Assembly (NCBI GenBank): GCA_965205425.1
Contig: CBDBGZ010000009.1
Span: 576,001 to 640,000 of the forward strand
Length of the DNA stretch: 64,000 nt
Direction: 5' to 3'
Source: Nitrosopumilus sp.
Lineage (GTDB): Archaea > Thermoproteota > Nitrososphaeria > Nitrososphaerales > Nitrosopumilaceae
Shown here: positions 59,153 through 64,000 of the stretch, one piece after another
How positions within the stretch are numbered: position 1 is the first letter of the stretch
Layout of the letters: the number at the start of each line of letters is the position of its first letter
Notes under the pieces: generated by a model
Told to the model about the DNA's origin: nothing
Database searches by the model: none
Seen by the model: only the letters and a program-made list of their open reading frames with translations
Translations under genes and position numbers: made by a program

Positions 59153-59947
59153 CTAATTATTTTCATATAGATTTACTGTGACTTTTGTAGTCCATGGTTT
59201 TAGATTATCAGGGAAGATTACTAGTAGACCACTATCTTTTTTGATATTATTACAGGTGCCACTGTAGCTTTGTTTATTTTGTCCATAGCAACCTGATTCT
59301 GAATAATAATCAAATTTAGAACTAGTAAAGTGATCTTTTTGTAAAGATGATGAAACAAAATATACATCAAAACCCAAATCTTTGTTATCTGTTTTTACAC
59401 TATAATTGTACGATGTAGAATCCTGTGATGTGCAAATGGGGAAAAACTGAGCATATCCATTTTTAATTTTTAATTGTTGTTCAAAATTATCATAATTTTT
59501 GTTTTCAATATCAGGATATACAGAAACGCTAGGATCTGAACTTAATTGTTGACCTTGGACATATTCTATCTCATGTCTAACAGTATCTACTGCCTTTCTA
59601 TACAGCATTGGTTGCCATTCTTCTTGACAATCACTAAATTCATGCTTTAATTCAACATATGATTTACCGTTGATTTCATGGAGTTGATTTATGTTGTATT
59701 CTTTAGATTCTGCATTAAAGACTTGATTCACATTACTGATTTTATCGGATTTATGCCAAGTGTTTGTAACATCAAAAATAATATTTTTTGAATCACTTTG
59801 CCATTCGGATAGTAAATGAACATACACTGAATATTTGTTAACAACTTCTTGAGTTTCTGATGCAAAAATCAAATGACCAAAAAATGCATTTATAAAAATT
59901 ATAGAAAATGCAAGAACTGGAATAATTGCATAGAGAATTTTATTCAT
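59153..59947 (-). CDS. Secreted/membrane-anchored hypothetical protein
   Basis: N-terminal hydrophobic helix from ATG 59947; Cys pairs. Confidence 0.65.
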   Translation of the reverse strand: MNKILYAIIPVLAFSIIFINAFFGHLIFASETQEVVNKYSVYVHLLSEWQSDSKNIIFDVTNTWHKSDKISNVNQVFNAESKEYNINQLHEINGKSYVELKHEFSDCQEEWQPMLYRKAVDTVRHEIEYVQGQQLSSDPSVSVYPDIENKNYDNFEQQLKIKNGYAQFFPICTSQDSTSYNYSVKTDNKDLGFDVYFVSSSLQKDHFTSSKFDYYSESGCYGQNKQSYSGTCNNIKKDSGLLVIFPDNLKPWTTKVTVNLYENN

Positions 59948-60064
59948 TTTGACCTCCAAAACAACTAAAAGATAATCCACAAAAACCACATGAGAATTTT
60001 TCATCTTTACATTCTATTTTTTCTGAACCACATTTGGGACATTCTTTACTTTTGATTAATTCAG

Positions 60065-60538
60065 TCATTCTTTCTCCTCAAAGATTGATTTTGAAATAAT
60101 GCCAATTACTGCACCAAAAATAATATGTCTAGACATAGTCATTGCTGGAACTTCAGGAGCAATATTTAATCCTGCAACACCAGCTCCTAAAGCTGGAAGT
60201 ATTCCAAACCATACAGTTGTAGCAGTTACAATTACTCCAAAAATTACTCCATGTATCCAAATTCTGCCATTTAAAATTCTCCTTGAAATAGACATGAAGA
60301 CATATCCGAAGAATAGAGTTAAACCTATACCATTTAGAATATGGAAAATATTTCCAATGATTATTGCAGATTCATCTTCTCCAACAATTAATTGTCCTAA
60401 GACAACTGAAATGTCTAAAGGTACTCCAGTAATTTCCATATCAATAAAGGCGGCAATGTAAAATGCCAAAGTTCCTACTAATCCAGCAATTACCAGACGA
60501 GAAAACTTTTGATTTCTGTATACTTGTTTTACACTCAT
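60065..60538 (-). CDS. Four-TM membrane protein with conserved-looking His residues
   Basis: AGLVGTL, GNIFHILNG and RHIIFGAVIG. Confidence 0.65.
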   Translation of the reverse strand: MSVKQVYRNQKFSRLVIAGLVGTLAFYIAAFIDMEITGVPLDISVVLGQLIVGEDESAIIIGNIFHILNGIGLTLFFGYVFMSISRRILNGRIWIHGVIFGVIVTATTVWFGILPALGAGVAGLNIAPEVPAMTMSRHIIFGAVIGIISKSIFEEKE

Positions 60539-60539
60539 C

Positions 60540-60833
60540 TTAGTTTACTCCAGATGCTTTTGAATTCAACCACGATGAGAGTAATTTTGAGGCTTTGGGT
60601 ATAATGAATGTCATGTAAGACGGAATTACAATTGCATTGATCATAATTACTCCCCAGAGAGGCATAAAGGAAGCCATTGAATCTAGTGCTACATTTAATC
60701 CAAAAGCCATAGGAATTGCTACTGTTACAGCAACAAGAGCTCGTTTAGAATAAGGTGGAAGACTAGACGATTGTTTATTTTTAGAGTTAGTTCTAAAAAA
60801 GAAAAAAGAAGGAGTTCGCATCATATTCATCAA
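60540..60833 (-). CDS. Small two-TM membrane protein
   Basis: PPYSKRALV...MTFIIP..SKLLSSWL, similar to membrane tails of antibiotic-biosynthesis monooxygenases. Confidence 0.55.
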   Translation of the reverse strand: MMNMMRTPSFFFFRTNSKNKQSSSLPPYSKRALVAVTVAIPMAFGLNVALDSMASFMPLWGVIMINAIVIPSYMTFIIPKASKLLSSWLNSKASGVN

Positions 60834-61168
60834 TCTGTACTTTGCAAATACTCCACTACATTCTGGGTTGTTCTTAATGGAACAATTTTTGTAGAATTGA
60901 ATTTTGCAACTTTAGTTTCTACCATAAGATCTTGTATTGCATGTGCTCCAGGAGCTTCAACTATCCATTCGAAGGTATGCTCTAAACCAGAGTGATACAT
61001 TGATAGAACTTTGATTCCTTTTGCATTTGCATCTTGTTCAAAGGTAGATGCTACCTGTAGAAGCAATTTTTTATTTTCCTCATTAAAAAGTGGGCATGCT
61101 TCAGTTGTATGAGTACCATAGATTCCATAGGTTCCCGTTGTTTGGTTTTCTGTTTGTTGTATTGTCAT
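60830..61168 (-). CDS. DUF3303/GYD-like ferredoxin-fold protein
   Basis: THTTEACP..EHTFEWIVEA..KIVPL; start 61168. Confidence 0.6.
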   Translation of the reverse strand: MTIQQTENQTTGTYGIYGTHTTEACPLFNEENKKLLLQVASTFEQDANAKGIKVLSMYHSGLEHTFEWIVEAPGAHAIQDLMVETKVAKFNSTKIVPLRTTQNVVEYLQSTD

Positions 61169-61220
61169 GTTATAATATAATGAGAAATAGTACATAGGCT
61201 GACCGGACTTATTTTTATCA

Positions 61221-61290
61221 AAAAATGTCCAGATTGGACGTAAATAATAGGTTAAAAAGAAAAAATCTATCTAAAAATGTCCAGATTGGA
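61221..61290. promoter_or_regulatory. Twin palindromic operator candidates
   Basis: 18-bp direct repeat AAAAATGTCCAGATTGGA at 61221 and 61273; core TCCA-GAT-TGGA palindrome. Confidence 0.6.
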
Positions 61291-61321
61291 AATGAATATT
61301 AGATTGTTCAAATAATAAAAT

Positions 61322-62317
61322 TTGTTGGTAGACGAAGTAGACAGAATCATCTTATCACAGTTAGGGAAAAATGCTAGAATGTCTTCACAAGAATTACAAA
61401 AGATACTTGATGCATTAGGACACAATATCACTGATAGAGGAATTAGACATCGATTACAAAAATTAGAAAAAAATAATGTGATACTAGGATACTCTGCAAT
61501 TTTAAATCCTAATATTTTATCAGAAAAAATTAATCGCACCATAGTTTTGAAATTTAAATTTTCTAAAGATACTCCTGAATTAATTGACAGATTATCTAGC
61601 TATGTTATTGATGCTCAATTTTGTACATTTTCTAGTAGATTAAGTGGAGATTATGATTGGATATGTCATTTTGTTTTTGATTCTATTGAGCAATATGATC
61701 TTGAAACAAATAATTTTCTAAATAGATTTGGTGAATTAATTTCTGATTTTAGATCCTATGAATCAAATACCATAAAATCATCTCCTTACATGATTTATGA
61801 TGAACAAGAAACAAAAGAGAGAAAAAGACGGATTTATGAAATTTTAGAATCATTAAAAAAATATGACAATATTAACGATAGATTCCAAGAAATTGTTGAA
61901 TGTGTTGTAAAATATTTTGATGCATCGTTTGCTCGTATTTGGTTTGTAGATAAACAAAGGAAGGAATTGATTCTCAAATTTAGTGCTGGAAAATATACGC
62001 AAATTGATGGTAGTTTTTCTAAAGTATCAATTAATTCATTAAAAATTGGACAAATTGCAAAAACCAACAAGCCTGTAGTTTCAAATGATGTAGTAAATGA
62101 TCCGCGAATCAAAATACATGATTGGGCAAAAAAAGAGAAACTCAAATCATTTGTGGGTTATCCATTATCCTACAAAGGAAAAGCAGTGGCTGTAGTAGCA
62201 ATGTTTAGCAAGAAAAAAATGAATCATCTTGAATTTGAACTATTTGGATTATTCTCTGAGCAGCTCTCAAAAGAATTAACTGGGTTTTTTGAGGCTAAAG
62301 ATTTTCTTTCAGAATAG
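61322..62317 (+). CDS. Lrp/AsnC-type regulator fused to a C-terminal GAF domain
   Basis: DEVDRIILSQLGKNARMS..RLQKLEKNNVILGY (AsnC HTH), LSGDYD; ARIW..IGQIA..SNDV.NDPRI..WA..KSFVGYPL (GAF). Confidence 0.85.
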   Translation: MLVDEVDRIILSQLGKNARMSSQELQKILDALGHNITDRGIRHRLQKLEKNNVILGYSAILNPNILSEKINRTIVLKFKFSKDTPELIDRLSSYVIDAQFCTFSSRLSGDYDWICHFVFDSIEQYDLETNNFLNRFGELISDFRSYESNTIKSSPYMIYDEQETKERKRRIYEILESLKKYDNINDRFQEIVECVVKYFDASFARIWFVDKQRKELILKFSAGKYTQIDGSFSKVSINSLKIGQIAKTNKPVVSNDVVNDPRIKIHDWAKKEKLKSFVGYPLSYKGKAVAVVAMFSKKKMNHLEFELFGLFSEQLSKELTGFFEAKDFLSE

Positions 62318-62868
62318 AATTTAAGAAAATTATTGTTTTTGGATATCTGTTCCACAATGAACGCAAAAATAAGACCCATTAGGAGCCCAATAATGTTCAC
62401 AGTCTGAATCATCCATATTTGATTATGATATTTTTGATTCATTATCTCCATAGATTGTGATTTTGTACCAAATACGAAAAAAAATTCACATGCTTTTGTG
62501 TCGAAATGGATCCATGGGGATTCACCTACTAAATTGTGGATAGAAAGGACGCAGTTTTAGTTTGACACTAATAATTCAAAATAATTTCACAGTATGCAAA
62601 AAATTAGAATGGGATGAAATCATCCACAGATGTAACAATTATCACACCTTTACTGTCACCACCAATAGATTTCTTTATTGCATCAGATGTGGATTGAACC
62701 TTGTCTGAATCTACTATTGTAGCTATTATTTTTCGTGGAAGGTGTGAACTTGTGGTACTTGTTCCTCTACCAGAATGTGTTTGTTCTGTTTCTTTGCCTG
62801 CACTCTTTACGTCATATATTATGGCGTCAAGATTAAGCTCTCTTAGAGATACAATTACTGCATCAGCC

Positions 62869-63894
62869 GGGTGTGTCCTAAAAGTAGACAAATATAACAA
62901 TTTTATTCAATTCTGTAACATATTGATCGCATGGAATCACAACAACTATGCAAAACAAATCAAAAAGAGACTGGCAAGTATATGGCACATATCGCAAGGA
63001 TGAGGAGATTCTATTCTTGGAAAAAGTAAAGAAGACAGTTTGGAGTATGGATACACCATGGGAACCAAAGACAGGCGGACGTCCTGCATTTCCAACAAAA
63101 GCAAAGATAATGTGTGCAATGCTAAAGGTAAAGTTTGGATTGGATTATCGTTCCATGGAGTCCCACTTGAGATCAAGGCCGGATCTGTTGGAAATAATGG
63201 AGCTCAAAAAAGCACCAAGCAAGACTGTCATTAATGACAGTCTAAAAAGAATTCCAATGCCTTATTTGAAAAAGGTAAACGCAAAACTCACAGAACCAAT
63301 CAAAAAAAAGACATAGCTCCTGACAGTTCAGGATTTGGTACCAAAAGATGTGAGGCTTGGTTTGACATCAAGACAAACACGCACAAATCCAAGAAATTAT
63401 ATCTAAAACTGCACATCCTAATTGCAATACAGTCCATGGCAATAGTATCTTTTGACATTACTAAAGGAACTCGTGGTGATGCACCAATTCTCAAAAAACT
63501 AATCAAAGACATTCCAAAGGGAATTGGTGATTTTTGTGCAGATCCTGCATATTTGTCACGAGACATTTGCAATATGGTAGCTACTCTGCAAAAGATACCA
63601 TACATCAAACCAAAGAAGAACACAGTTAGAAATCCCAAAGGCTCTGCATCATGGAAAAAAATGATAACATTATTCCAGGACAATCAAGATGAATTTGACA
63701 GACATTATCACAAGAGGTCACTTGTTGAATCAGTATTTGCAGTACTCAAAAGAATCTTTGGAAATAGCTTGTCATCAAAAAACAAGTTGGTTCAAAGAAA
63801 AGAGTTGGCGTTGCGTGTAATTTGTTACAACATACGAGTTGTTAATTTGATGGGGGTTACAAAACATGTTAGAGGATAGTTTTAGGACACACCC
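62869..63894 (+). mobile_element. IS5-family insertion sequence (1026 bp)
   Basis: TIR GGGTGTGTCCTAAAA (15 bp perfect, 17/18 extended); 9-bp TSD GCATCAGCC at 62860-62868 and 63895-63903. Confidence 0.93.
62948..63879 (+). CDS. IS5-family transposase split into OrfA/OrfB joined by a -1 frameshift
   Basis: OrfA ends at A8G (63302-63310); the -1 frame continues DIAPDSSGF..KLHI..ADPAY..YHKRSLVESVF. Confidence 0.85.
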
Positions 63895-64000
63895 GCATCA
63901 GCCTTTTCATTTTTTACTAATACTGCCAATCTTTTCATTCCATTTGTTTATGTTCAATCATATTTAAGATTGTAAAAATTTAGATTAAAGGTGTTTTATT

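Larger units (their letters stand above)
62604..63938 (-). pseudogene. P-II (GlnB/K-like) nitrogen signalling protein interrupted by an IS
   Basis: Removing the IS plus one TSD gives MKRLAVLVKNEKADAVIVSLREL..YDVKSAGK..SGRGT..LPRKII..DAIKK..GVIIVTSVDD. Confidence 0.82.

Overview
AT-rich genomic window from a Nitrosopumilus-like ammonia-oxidising archaeon (Thaumarchaeota/Nitrososphaerota); the assignment is inferred from gene content and synteny. The core regions are a riboflavin operon, rps19e/rnp4/tRNA-Gly, nep1, class II nrdJ with an HTH/ATP-cone/NrdD-like neighbour, a thiolase-DUF35 pair, a large copper/zinc surface-protein cluster (copCD, znuABC, nikR-like, PEFG/CFI-CTERM proteins), pyrBI and the A-type ATP synthase. 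The main accessory feature is a ~12.9 kb island (10519-23389) bounded by a 13-bp direct repeat at the nep1 stop codon. It carries two tyrosine recombinases, a hicBA pair and a type I restriction-modification locus in which hsdR/hsdM lie between two convergent, complementary-incomplete hsdS copies joined by perfect nested inverted repeats (273 bp and 55 bp). This is the layout of a phase-variable, invertible hsdS shufflon, which I know mainly from bacteria. Also present are two IS5-family elements with TIRs and 9-bp TSDs (one disrupts a P-II gene and needs a -1 frameshift) and two copies of a 135-bp TA-targeting MITE that interrupt two pseudogenes. All calls come from reading the sequence and recalling motifs; no database searches were run.
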